Source: Shigella phage ESh2
Sequence record: ON528716
DNA length: 39,818 nt
Reading direction: 5' to 3' (one strand)
The translations under genes and the position numbers were made by a program. Positions 27,930 to 37,485 of this stretch are shown here, one piece after another. Within the stretch, counting starts at the first letter, position 1, and every line of letters begins with the position of its first letter. A model generated the notes under the pieces. That model was given only the letters and a program-made list of their open reading frames with translations, searched no databases and was not told where the DNA came from.

Positions 27930-30173
27930 ATGAGTAAAATTGAATCTGCCCTTCAAGCGGCACAACCGGGACTCTCTCGGTTACGCAGTGGTGCTGGCGG
28001 TATGGGCTATCGTGCAGCAACCACTCAAGCTGGACAACCAAGGTCAAGCCTATTGGACACCATTGGTCGGTTCGCTCAGGCTGGTGCTGATATGTATACA
28101 GCTAAGGAGCAACGAGCAAGGGACCTAGCTGATGAACGCTCTAACGAGATTATCCGTAAGCTGACACCTGAGCAACGCCGAGAAGCTCTCAACAATGGAA
28201 CCCTTCTGTATCAGGATGACCCATACGCTATGGAAGCACTGCGAGTCAAGACTGGTCGTAACGCTGCATACCTTGTTGACGACGAAGTTATGCAGAAGAT
28301 TAAAGAGGGTGTCTTTCGCACTCGTGAAGAGATGGAACAGTATCGCCATAGTCGTCTTCAAGAGGGCGCTAAGGCATACGCTGAGCAGTTCGGCATCGAC
28401 CCTGATGACGTTGATTATCAGCGTGGTTTCAATGGAGACATCACTGAGCGTAACATCTCCCTGTACGGTGCACATGATAACTTCTTGAGCCAACAAGCTC
28501 AGAAGGGTGCCATCATGAACAGCCGAGTGGAACTCAACGGTGTCCTCCAAGACCCTGACATGCTTCGCCGCCCAGACTCTGCGGACTTCTTTGAGAAGTA
28601 CATCGACAACGGTCTGGTTACTGGGGCAATCCCATCTGATGCTCAAGCCACACAGCTTATAAGCCAAGCGTTCAGTGATGCTTCTAGCCGTGCTGGTGGG
28701 GCTGACTTCCTGATGCGAGTAGGCGATAAGAAGGTAACTCTTAACGGTGCCACTACGACTTACCGAGAGTTGATGGGTGAAGAACAGTGGAATGCTCTCA
28801 TGGTAACAGCACAACGTTCTCAGTTTGAGAATGACGCTAAGCTGAACGAGCAGTACCGCTTGAAGATTAACTCTGCGCTGAACCAAGAGGACCCTCGTAC
28901 TGCGTGGGAGATGCTTCAAGGTATCAAGGCTGAACTCGATAAGGTTCAACCTGATGAGCAGATGACACCACAACGTGAGTGGCTAATCTCGGCACAGGAA
29001 CAAGTTCAGAACCAGATGAACGCATGGACGAAGGCTCAGGCCAAAGCTCTGGATGACTCAATGAAGTCTATGAACAAACTTGAAGTAATCGACAGGCAAT
29101 TCCAGAAGCGAATCAACGGTGAGTGGGTCTCAACGGACTTCAAGGATATGCCTACCAACGAGAACACTGGGGAGTTCAAGCATAGCGATATGGTTAACTA
29201 CGCCAATAAGAAACTCGCTGAGATTGACCGTATGGATATTCCAGATGGTGCTAAGGACGCTATGAAGTTGAAGTACCTTCAAGCTGACTCTAAGGACGGT
29301 GCATTCCGTACAGCAATCGGAACAATGGTGACTGACGCTAGTCAAGAGTGGTCTGCCGCCGTGATTAACGGTAAGTTACCAGAACGAACCCCAGCTATGG
29401 ACGCTCTGCGCAGAATCCGAAATGCTGACCCTCAGTTGATTGCTGCATTATACCCAGACCAAGCTGAGTTATTCCTGACTATGGACATGATGGACAGACA
29501 AGGTATTGACCCTCAGGTTATTCTTGACGCTGACCGACTGACTGCCAAACGTTCCAAAGAGCAACGCTTCGAGGACGATAAAGCATTCGAGTCTGCACTG
29601 AATAGCTCTACGGCTCCTGAGATTGCCCGTATGCCAGCGTCACTTCGTGAATCTGCGCGTAAGATTTATGACTCCGTTAAGTACCGCTCAGGTAACGAAA
29701 GCATGGCTATGGAGCAGATGACCAAGTTCCTTAAGGAATCTACCTACACGTTCACTGGTGACGATGTTGATGGTGATACCGTTGGTGTAATTCCGAAGAA
29801 CATGATGCAAGTCAACTCTGACCCGAAATCGTGGGAGCAAGGCCGTGATATTCTGGAGGAAGCACGTAAGGGAATCATTGCGAGCAACCCTTGGATAACC
29901 AATAAGCAACTGACCATGTATTCACAAGGTGACTCCATTTACCTTATGGACACCACTGGTCAAGTCCGAGTCCGATACGACAAAGAGTTACTCTCGAAGG
30001 TCTGGAGTGAGAACCAGAAGAAACTCGAAGAGAAAGCTCGTGAGAAGGCTCTGGCTGATGTTAACAAGCGAGCACCTATAGTTGCCGCTACGAAGGCCCG
30101 TGAAGCTGCTGCTAAACGCGTCCGAGAGAAACGTAAACAGACTCCTAAGTTCATCTACGGACGTAAGGAGTAA
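27930..30173 (+). CDS. 15: internal virion protein C (ejectosome, gp15)
   Basis: 747 aa; MSKIESALQAAQPGLSRLRSGAGGMGYRAATTQ... matches T7 gp15. Confidence 0.97.
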   Translation: MSKIESALQAAQPGLSRLRSGAGGMGYRAATTQAGQPRSSLLDTIGRFAQAGADMYTAKEQRARDLADERSNEIIRKLTPEQRREALNNGTLLYQDDPYAMEALRVKTGRNAAYLVDDEVMQKIKEGVFRTREEMEQYRHSRLQEGAKAYAEQFGIDPDDVDYQRGFNGDITERNISLYGAHDNFLSQQAQKGAIMNSRVELNGVLQDPDMLRRPDSADFFEKYIDNGLVTGAIPSDAQATQLISQAFSDASSRAGGADFLMRVGDKKVTLNGATTTYRELMGEEQWNALMVTAQRSQFENDAKLNEQYRLKINSALNQEDPRTAWEMLQGIKAELDKVQPDEQMTPQREWLISAQEQVQNQMNAWTKAQAKALDDSMKSMNKLEVIDRQFQKRINGEWVSTDFKDMPTNENTGEFKHSDMVNYANKKLAEIDRMDIPDGAKDAMKLKYLQADSKDGAFRTAIGTMVTDASQEWSAAVINGKLPERTPAMDALRRIRNADPQLIAALYPDQAELFLTMDMMDRQGIDPQVILDADRLTAKRSKEQRFEDDKAFESALNSSTAPEIARMPASLRESARKIYDSVKYRSGNESMAMEQMTKFLKESTYTFTGDDVDGDTVGVIPKNMMQVNSDPKSWEQGRDILEEARKGIIASNPWITNKQLTMYSQGDSIYLMDTTGQVRVRYDKELLSKVWSENQKKLEEKAREKALADVNKRAPIVAATKAREAAAKRVREKRKQTPKFIYGRKE

Positions 30174-30199
30174 CTAAAGGCTACATAAGGAGGCCCTAA

Positions 30200-30616
30200 A
30201 TGAGTATCGTGGAGCGCATTAGGAATGATTCAATTGTTGATGACAATGGTTGTTGGCTCCCTAAGAGACCAATCAAAGGTTATCGTCACATTAGGATTGA
30301 TGGTGTGCTCCAACGTGCTCACAGGGTGATAGTGGGTGCTGGGAAGGATGACGTTGTATTACACCTGTGTGATGTACCCAGTTGTTGTAACCCTGAGCAT
30401 CTCCGAATAGGCACTCAATCAGACAACATGGTTGACATGCAATCTAAGCATAGACATCCGGGACGTAAATTGAGTGACGAGGATGTAATCTACATACTAA
30501 ACTCTGATGCCTCAGGCTATAGTCTAGCCAAGAAATTCAAAGTAACCAAAGAAGTAATCTATAGAATACGAAAAGGAGAGTACTATGGGCGTTTACGACA
30601 AGTCGAAACCAAGTGA
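30200..30616 (+). CDS. HNH homing endonuclease inserted between genes 15 and 16
   Basis: 138 aa; SD taaggagg; DDNGCWLPKRPIKGYRHI...AHRVIV...HLCDVPSCCNPEHLRIGTQSDN HNH motif; C-terminal SGYSLAKKFKVTKEVIYRIRKG HTH-like; 3' end overlaps gene 16 start by 32 nt. Confidence 0.85.
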   Translation: MSIVERIRNDSIVDDNGCWLPKRPIKGYRHIRIDGVLQRAHRVIVGAGKDDVVLHLCDVPSCCNPEHLRIGTQSDNMVDMQSKHRHPGRKLSDEDVIYILNSDASGYSLAKKFKVTKEVIYRIRKGEYYGRLRQVETK

Positions 30617-33600
30617 GTATGATGGCCTCTTCCAGAAAGCGGCAGATGCTAACGGAGTGTCTTATGACCTTTTACGTAAAGTCGCTTGGACAGAATCACG
30701 ATTTGTACCTACAGCAAAATCTAAGACTGGACCATTAGGCATGATGCAATTAACCAAGGCAACCGCTAAGGCCCTTGGCCTGCGAGTTACCGATGGTCCA
30801 GACGACGACCGACTGAACCCTGAGTTAGCCATCAATGCTGCCGCTAAGCACCTTGCAGGTCTGGTGAGTAAATTCGATGGTGACGAACTTAAAGCTGCCC
30901 TTGCGTACAACCAAGGCGAGGGACGCTTGGGTAATCCACAACTTGAGGCGTACTCCAAGGGAGACTTTGCGTCCATCTCTGAGGAAGGACGTAATTACCT
31001 GCGTAACCTTCTGGATGTCGCTAAGTCACCGATGGCTGGACAATTGGAAACCTTTGGAGGTATCACCCCAAAGGGTAAAGGCATTCCGGCTGATATTGGA
31101 TTGGCTGGAATCGGTCATAGTCAGAAAGTAACACAGGAACTTCCTGAGTCCACAAGTTTTGACGTTAAGGGTATCGAACAGGAGGCTCCGGCGAAACCAT
31201 TCGCCAAGGACTTTTGGGAGACCCACGGAGAAACGCTTGATGAATACAACAGCCGTTCAACCTTCTTCGGATTCAAAAATGCTGCCGAAGCTGAACTCTC
31301 CAACTCAGTAGCTGGGATGGCCTTCCGTGCTGGTCGTCTAGATAATGGTTTTGATGTGTTTAAAGACACCATTACGCCGACTCGCTGGAACTCTCACATT
31401 TGGACTCCAGAAGAGCTAGAGAAGATTCGAACCGAGGTTAAGAACCCTGCGTACATCAACGTGGTAACTGGCGGTTCCCCTGAGAATCTTGACGACCTCA
31501 TTAAGCTGGCTAACGAGAACTTTGAGAAGGACTCACGCGCTGCTGAGGCCGGTCTTGGGGCTAAGCTAAGTGCTGGCGTTATCGGTGCTGGTGTGGACCC
31601 TCTCAGCTATGTACCTATGGTTGGGGTTACGGGTAAGGGCTTTAAGTTAATCAATAAGGCTCTTGTAGTTGGTGCCGAAAGTGCAGCACTTAACGTAGCC
31701 TCCGAAGGTCTCCGTACCTCCGTAGCTGGTGGTGACGCTGACTATGCTGGTGCGGCTTTAGGTGGCTTTGTGTTTGGTGCTGGTATGTCAGCAATCAGTG
31801 ACGCTATTGCTGCTGGACTGAAACGTAGTAAACCAGAAGCCGAGTTCGACAATGAATTCATCGGTCCTATGATGCGAATGGAAGCCCGTGAGACAGCACG
31901 CAACGCCAACTCTGCGGACCTCTCTCGGATGAACACTGAGAACATGAAGTTTGAAGGTGAGTATAACGGAGTACCTTATGAGGACTTACCGACCGAGAAA
32001 GGTGCCGTGGTGTTACACGATGGCTCCATTCTAAGTGCAAGTAACCCAATCAACCCTAAGACTCTCAAAGAGTTCTCAGAGGTTGACCCTGAGAAGGCTG
32101 CGCGAGGAATCAAACTGGCTGGGTTCACCGAGATTGGCTTGAAGACCTTGGGGTCTGACGATGCTGACATCCGTAGAGTGGCTATCGACCTCGTTCGCTC
32201 TCCTACTGGTATGCAGTCTGGTGCCTCCGGTAAGTTCGGTGCAACAGCTTCTGACATCCATGAGAGACTTCATGGTACTGACCAGCGTACTTATAATGAC
32301 TTGTATAAAGCAATGTCTGACGCTATGAAAGACCCTGAGTTCTCTACTGGCGGCGCTAAGATGTCCCGTGAAGAAACTCGCTACACTATCTACCGTAGAG
32401 CGGCACTAGCTATTGAGCGTCCAGAACTCCAGAAGGCACTCACTCCGTCTGAGAGAATCGTTATGGACATCATTAAGCGTCACTTTGACACCAAGCGTGA
32501 ACTCATGGAGAATCCCGCAATCTTCGGTAATACGAAGGCTGTGAGTATCTTCCCTGAGAGTCATCATAAGGGAACCTACGTTCCTCATGTATATGACCGA
32601 CACGCTAAGGCGCTGATGATTCAACGCTATGGTGCCGAAGGTTTACAGGAAGGGATTGCTCGTTCGTGGATGAACAGCTACGTCTCCAGACCTGAGGTCA
32701 AGGCGAGAGTCGATGAGATGCTTAAGGAAGTACACGGGGTGAAGGAAGTAACGCCAGAGATGGTAGAGAAGTACGCTATGGATAAGGCTTACGGTATCTC
32801 CCACTCAGACCAGTTCACCAACAGTTCCATAATCGAAGAGAACATTGAGGGCTTAGTAGGTATTGAGAACAACTCATTCCTTGAGGCACGTAACTTGTTT
32901 GATTCGGACCTATCCATCACTATGCCAGACGGACAGCAATTCTCAGTGAACGACCTAAGGGACTTCGATATGTTCCGCATCATGCCAGCGTATGACCGCC
33001 GTATCAACGGTGACATCGCAATCATGGGGTCTACTGGGAAAACCACTAAGGAACTTAAGGATGAGATTTTGGCTCTTAAGGTGAAAGCTGAGGGGGACGG
33101 GAAGAAGACTGGCGAGGTTCATGCTCTTATGGATACCGTTAAGATTCTTACTGGTCGCGCTCGACGTAATAACGACACTGTGTGGGAAACCTCACTGCGT
33201 TCCATCAATGACCTAGGGTTCTTCGCTAAGAACGCCTACATGGGTGCTCAGAACCTTACCGAGATTGCTGGGATGATTGCCACTGGTAACGTTCGTGCTC
33301 TCGGTCACGGTATACCAATTCTGCGTGATACACTCTACAAGTCTAAACCAGTTTCCGCTAAGGAACTCAAGGAACTCCATGCGTCTCTGTTCGGGAAGGA
33401 GGTGGACCAGTTGATTCGCCCTAAACGTGCTGACATTGTACAGCGCCTAAGGGAAGCGACTGATACCGGACCTGCTGTATCGAACATCGTAGGGACCTTG
33501 AAGTATACCACACAGGAACTGGCTGCTCGCTCTCCGTGGACTAAGCTGCTGAACGGAACCACTAACTACCTTCTGGATGCTGCGCGTCAAGGCATGCTTG

Positions 33601-34541
33601 GGGATGTTATTAGTGCCACCCTAACGGGTAAGGCTACCCGCTGGGAGAAAGAAGGATTCCTTCGTGGTGCCTCCGTAACTCCTGAGCAGATGGCTGGCAT
33701 CAAGTCTCTCATCAAGGAACATATGGTACGTGGTGAGGACGGGAAGTTTACCGTCAAGGACAAGCAAGCGTTCTCTATGGACCCACGGGCTATGGACTTA
33801 TGGCGACTGGCTGACAAGGTAGCTGATGAGGCAATTCTGCGTCCGCATAAGGTGTCCTTACAGGATTCCCATGCGTTCGGAGCATTAGGTAAGATGGTAA
33901 TGCAGTTTAAGTCTTTCACTATCAAGTCCCTTAACTCTAAGTTCCTGCGAACCTTCTATGATGGATACAAGAACAACCGAGCGATTGACGCTGCGCTGAG
34001 TATCATCACCTCTATGGGTCTCGCTGGTGGTTTCTATGCTATGGCTGCACACGTCAAAGCATACGCTCTGCCTAAGGAGAAACGTAAGGAGTACTTGGAG
34101 CGTGCACTGGACCCAACCATGATTGCCCACGCTGCGTTATCTCGTAGTTCTCACTTTGGTGCTCCTTTGGCTATGGTTGACCTAGTTGGCGGTGTTTTAG
34201 GGTTCGAGTCCTCCAAGATGGCTCGCTCTACGATTCTACCTAAGGACACCATGAAGGAACGTGACCCAAACAAACCGTACACCTCTATAGAGGTAATGGG
34301 TGCTATGGGTTCAAACATGCTGGAGCAGATGCCTTCTGCTGGCTTTGTGGCTAACGTAGGTGCTACCCTAATGAATGCTTCTGGTGTGGTCAACTCACCT
34401 AACAAAGCAACCGAGCAGGACTTCATGACTGGCTTAATGAACTCTACCAAAGAGTTAGTACCTAACGACCCTCTTACTCAACAGCTTGTGGTTAAGATTT
34501 ATGAGGCCAATGGTGTTAACTTGAAGGAGCGTCGGAAATAA
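30585..34541 (+). CDS. 16: internal virion protein D (ejectosome, gp16) with N-terminal lytic transglycosylase domain
   Basis: 1318 aa; MGVYDKSKPSEYDGLFQKAADANGVSYDLLRKVAWTESRF...; matches T7 gp16. Confidence 0.98.
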   Translation: MGVYDKSKPSEYDGLFQKAADANGVSYDLLRKVAWTESRFVPTAKSKTGPLGMMQLTKATAKALGLRVTDGPDDDRLNPELAINAAAKHLAGLVSKFDGDELKAALAYNQGEGRLGNPQLEAYSKGDFASISEEGRNYLRNLLDVAKSPMAGQLETFGGITPKGKGIPADIGLAGIGHSQKVTQELPESTSFDVKGIEQEAPAKPFAKDFWETHGETLDEYNSRSTFFGFKNAAEAELSNSVAGMAFRAGRLDNGFDVFKDTITPTRWNSHIWTPEELEKIRTEVKNPAYINVVTGGSPENLDDLIKLANENFEKDSRAAEAGLGAKLSAGVIGAGVDPLSYVPMVGVTGKGFKLINKALVVGAESAALNVASEGLRTSVAGGDADYAGAALGGFVFGAGMSAISDAIAAGLKRSKPEAEFDNEFIGPMMRMEARETARNANSADLSRMNTENMKFEGEYNGVPYEDLPTEKGAVVLHDGSILSASNPINPKTLKEFSEVDPEKAARGIKLAGFTEIGLKTLGSDDADIRRVAIDLVRSPTGMQSGASGKFGATASDIHERLHGTDQRTYNDLYKAMSDAMKDPEFSTGGAKMSREETRYTIYRRAALAIERPELQKALTPSERIVMDIIKRHFDTKRELMENPAIFGNTKAVSIFPESHHKGTYVPHVYDRHAKALMIQRYGAEGLQEGIARSWMNSYVSRPEVKARVDEMLKEVHGVKEVTPEMVEKYAMDKAYGISHSDQFTNSSIIEENIEGLVGIENNSFLEARNLFDSDLSITMPDGQQFSVNDLRDFDMFRIMPAYDRRINGDIAIMGSTGKTTKELKDEILALKVKAEGDGKKTGEVHALMDTVKILTGRARRNNDTVWETSLRSINDLGFFAKNAYMGAQNLTEIAGMIATGNVRALGHGIPILRDTLYKSKPVSAKELKELHASLFGKEVDQLIRPKRADIVQRLREATDTGPAVSNIVGTLKYTTQELAARSPWTKLLNGTTNYLLDAARQGMLGDVISATLTGKATRWEKEGFLRGASVTPEQMAGIKSLIKEHMVRGEDGKFTVKDKQAFSMDPRAMDLWRLADKVADEAILRPHKVSLQDSHAFGALGKMVMQFKSFTIKSLNSKFLRTFYDGYKNNRAIDAALSIITSMGLAGGFYAMAAHVKAYALPKEKRKEYLERALDPTMIAHAALSRSSHFGAPLAMVDLVGGVLGFESSKMARSTILPKDTMKERDPNKPYTSIEVMGAMGSNMLEQMPSAGFVANVGATLMNASGVVNSPNKATEQDFMTGLMNSTKELVPNDPLTQQLVVKIYEANGVNLKERRK

Positions 34542-34561
34542 TACGACTCACTATAGGGAGA
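34539..34561 (+). promoter_or_regulatory. T7 RNAP promoter phi17
   Basis: taatacgactcactatagggaga, exact consensus. Confidence 0.9.
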
Positions 34562-34613
34562 GGTGGAAGAATCTTCTCCCTGTAGTCTCTTAGATTTACT
34601 TTAAGGAGGTCAA

Positions 34614-36311
34614 ATGGCTAACGTAATTAAAACCGTTTTGACTTACCAGTTAGATGGCTCCAATCGTGATTTTAATATCCGGTTTGAGTATCTAGCCCGT
34701 AAGTTCGTAGTGGTAACTCTTATTGGGGTAGACCGTAAGGTCCTTACGATTAATACAGACTACCGTTTTGCTACTCGCACCACTATCTCATTGACCAAGG
34801 CTTGGGGACCAGCGGATGGCTACACTACCATCGAGTTACGTCGAGTAACCTCCACGACCGACCGATTGGTTGATTTTACGGACGGCTCAATCCTCCGCGC
34901 GTATGACCTTAACGTCGCTCAGATTCAAACGATGCACGTAGCGGAAGAGGCCCGTGACCTAACTGCCGATACTATCGGTGTCAACAACGATGGTCACTTG
35001 GATGCGCGTGGTCGTCGAATTGTGAACCTAGCGAACGCTGTGGATGACCGTGATGCTGTTCCGTTTGGTCAACTTAAGACCATGAACCAGAACTCATGGC
35101 AAGCTCGTAATGAAGCCTTACAGTTCCGCAATGAGGCTGAGACTTTCCGTAACCAAGCGGAGGGCTTTAAGAATGAGTCCAGCACGAACGCAACGAATAC
35201 CAATCAATGGCGCATTGAGGCTGAGGGGTTCCGTAATGAGGCTGAACAGTTCAAGAACACTGCGACACAACAGGCTACCGCTGCTGGGAACTCTGCTGCT
35301 GCTGCTCACCAATCGGAGATTAACGCCGAGAACTCAGCGACTGACTCTGCTAGCTCTGCTCATTTAGCAGAACAGCAAGCTGACCGTGCTGAGCGCGAAG
35401 CAGACAAGTTGGGTAACTGGAATGCTCTTGCTGGAGCTATTGACCATGTTGACGGTACTCGTGTGTTCTGGAAAGGCGAGCAACATTCTGATGGCAGACT
35501 ATATCTAACCACTAATGGATTCGATATTGGGCAGTATCAACAGTTCTTTGGTGGTGTTACTAACCGTTATTCAGTAATGGAGTGGGGTGATAAGTACGGC
35601 TGGCATTTGTACTCGGAGCGTCAAACCGAGGGTGGTACGACAACATTGAACCTTCGAGGACATATGACAGCAAATGGTAACGTCCGCGCTGCTGGTAACT
35701 CCTATACGAATAACCTCTTTGAGATGGACCGAGAGCAGCATTGGCCCGGTCGTGGTGCGTTTGCGAACCAGTATGCGGACAGGGCTGCACCATTTACCAA
35801 GACTGGTCGTTATCAGGCACCTAACGGGTACTCAGAGTATTATCCTATTGTTAAAGCCTATGTTGAAACACAAGGTTACGGGTATGGTACGGTTGCTACC
35901 TTCGGTATGCTAACCTCTGGAGGTGGTAGGTTTGCTAATGGGTGTGTCCACGTTATTGGGGATAATGGTGTTAATGGTCTCTGGCAGTTCGACCCTAACA
36001 CTGGTGGTTTCCTATCACGCGGAGATGTACATGTTGGAGATGGCGGTGTCGTCTACCAGAACGGTGACATATATGGTACGGTGTGGGGTGGTCGGCCTAT
36101 TTCACAGTGGTTAGGGGACCAGACCGTAAACCACATTGCTATGGGTGGTGTTAACTTTGCTCAGCTATGGAATAGTTACGGTATAGGAGATGGTGGTGGT
36201 AAGGTGATCACAGGAATCACCAACAGTAACGCTGATGCGCTAGTCGATGGATGCCAGTGGCGAGTAATGCAGTATGTCCGCAACAACGGACAGTGTTTCA
36301 ATATTTATTAA
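34614..36311 (+). CDS. 17: tail fibre protein; T7-like N-terminal and shaft region (aa 1 to about 326), divergent C-terminal receptor-binding region (aa about 327-565)
   Basis: 565 aa; MANVIKTVLTYQLDGSNRDFNIRFEYLARKF... matches T7 gp17 through ...GGVTNRYSVMEWGD, then diverges into a Gly-rich sequence unlike the T7 tip domain as recalled. Confidence 0.95.
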   Translation: MANVIKTVLTYQLDGSNRDFNIRFEYLARKFVVVTLIGVDRKVLTINTDYRFATRTTISLTKAWGPADGYTTIELRRVTSTTDRLVDFTDGSILRAYDLNVAQIQTMHVAEEARDLTADTIGVNNDGHLDARGRRIVNLANAVDDRDAVPFGQLKTMNQNSWQARNEALQFRNEAETFRNQAEGFKNESSTNATNTNQWRIEAEGFRNEAEQFKNTATQQATAAGNSAAAAHQSEINAENSATDSASSAHLAEQQADRAEREADKLGNWNALAGAIDHVDGTRVFWKGEQHSDGRLYLTTNGFDIGQYQQFFGGVTNRYSVMEWGDKYGWHLYSERQTEGGTTTLNLRGHMTANGNVRAAGNSYTNNLFEMDREQHWPGRGAFANQYADRAAPFTKTGRYQAPNGYSEYYPIVKAYVETQGYGYGTVATFGMLTSGGGRFANGCVHVIGDNGVNGLWQFDPNTGGFLSRGDVHVGDGGVVYQNGDIYGTVWGGRPISQWLGDQTVNHIAMGGVNFAQLWNSYGIGDGGGKVITGITNSNADALVDGCQWRVMQYVRNNGQCFNIY

Positions 36312-36326
36312 TAGGAGGAGTATGGT

Positions 36327-36932
36327 ATGGGAACTTTACGTCACTATAAGAACTTCGTAAACTATGTACCAGAGCGTACCAAAGATAATGCAGACCTTCT
36401 AGACCACGGCGTTGGCTTCTCAAAGGACGAGAATGGGAATGACTGGTATGAACTGCGTAATACATTCCGTGAGGATACATGGAAACTTGTCTATGCCAAA
36501 GACGGTTCTGTAATTCAGTGTGAACAGGATGTTCAGGAGTTAGCCGTTCAGGGTTCTGCTGGTGTGGTTGAACTTGAGGAAATCCCTGCTGAATACTCTC
36601 GGTATAATATGATGCAGTGGTGGTGGGACGGCGAGAAGCTCACTTGGTATCCAAGATACTTTGAGAACCAGAAGGCTCGTCTAATCTCTATGGCCTCCAA
36701 GAAGATTGAGCAGTATGCTGACTTTATGGCGCTTGGGGAGGAGGGGCTAGAAGGCATCTTAAATGCGTGGCGAGCCTATCGCCTTGCTGTATATAAAGTG
36801 GACCTAAGTGTTCTGCCTTTCTATGACTGGCCTGAGAAGCCTGAGGACTTATTAACAACAACACACAAGGAAAGACGTGTAGTCCACGGAAGGACTCTTA
36901 CAAGGAGGACACGTGCTGTCTTTAGATTTTAA
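36327..36932 (+). CDS. putative tail-fibre assembly chaperone (lambda Tfa-like)
   Basis: 201 aa; SD aggagg 8 nt upstream of ATG; C-terminal signature NAWRAYRLAVYKVDLSVLPFYDWPEKPED resembles the W..YR..L..VD.S..P..WP..P motif of Tfa-family proteins; no gene at this position in T7. Confidence 0.65.
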   Translation: MGTLRHYKNFVNYVPERTKDNADLLDHGVGFSKDENGNDWYELRNTFREDTWKLVYAKDGSVIQCEQDVQELAVQGSAGVVELEEIPAEYSRYNMMQWWWDGEKLTWYPRYFENQKARLISMASKKIEQYADFMALGEEGLEGILNAWRAYRLAVYKVDLSVLPFYDWPEKPEDLLTTTHKERRVVHGRTLTRRTRAVFRF

Positions 36933-37116
36933 CAACGAGGTAGTTAAGGCTGCTCCGATTGTAGGGACGGGTGTAGCCGATGGTGCTGCCAGACTCTTTT
37001 GGGGACTTTCATTAAACGAGTGGTTCTACGTTGCCGCTATCGCCTATACAGTGGTTCAGATTGGTGCCAAGGTAGTCGATAAGATGATTGACTGGAAGAA
37101 AGCCAATAAGGAGTGA
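36913..37116 (+). CDS. 17.5: holin (class II)
   Basis: 67 aa; MLSLDFNNEVVKAAPIVGTGVADGAARLFWGLSLNEWFYVAAIAYTVVQIGAKVVDKMIDWKKANKE matches T7 gp17.5. Confidence 0.95.
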   Translation: MLSLDFNNEVVKAAPIVGTGVADGAARLFWGLSLNEWFYVAAIAYTVVQIGAKVVDKMIDWKKANKE

Positions 37117-37121
37117 TACGT

Positions 37122-37391
37122 ATGGAAAAGGATAAAAGCCTTATTACATTCTTAGAGATGTTGGACACTGCGATGGCTCAGCGTATGCTTGCGGACCTTT
37201 CGGACCCTGAGCGTCGTTCCCCACAACTCTACAACGCCATCAACAAACTGTTAGACCGCCACAAGTTCCAGATTGGTAAGTTGCAGCCGGATGTTCACAT
37301 CTTGGGCGGCCTTGCTGGTGCTCTTGAAGAGTACAAAGAGAAAGTAGGTGATAACGGTCTTACGGATGACGATATTTACACTTTACAGTGA
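37122..37391 (+). CDS. 18: terminase small subunit
   Basis: 89 aa from ATG 37122; MEKDKSLITFLEMLDTAMAQRMLADLSDPERRSPQLYNAINKLL... matches T7 gp18. Confidence 0.95.
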   Translation: MEKDKSLITFLEMLDTAMAQRMLADLSDPERRSPQLYNAINKLLDRHKFQIGKLQPDVHILGGLAGALEEYKEKVGDNGLTDDDIYTLQ

Positions 37392-37395
37392 TATA

Positions 37396-37428
37396 CTCAA
37401 GGCCACTACCTATAGTGGTCTTTATGGA
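37396..37428 (+). promoter_or_regulatory. RNase III processing hairpin R18.5
   Basis: ctcaaggccactacctatagtggtctttatggat. Confidence 0.6.
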
Positions 37429-37485
37429 TGTCATTGTCTACACGAGATGCTCCTACGTGAAATCTGAAAGTTAACGGGAGGCATT

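Noticed and set aside
28125-28973. Long minus-strand ORF (282 aa), one of many minus-strand ORFs in the track (also 5614..6336, 38875..39477, 9414..9944, 18942..19532)
   Set aside because: All lie antisense within strongly supported + strand genes (15, 1, 19, 2.5, 7/7.3), have no SD or promoter, and T7-group phages transcribe one strand only; treated as chance ORFs
35110-36114. + strand alternate-frame ORFs inside gene 17 (35110..35367, 35674..35913, 35923..36114)
   Set aside because: Nested in the tail fibre gene with no SD; low-complexity products from the Gly/Ala-rich coding region
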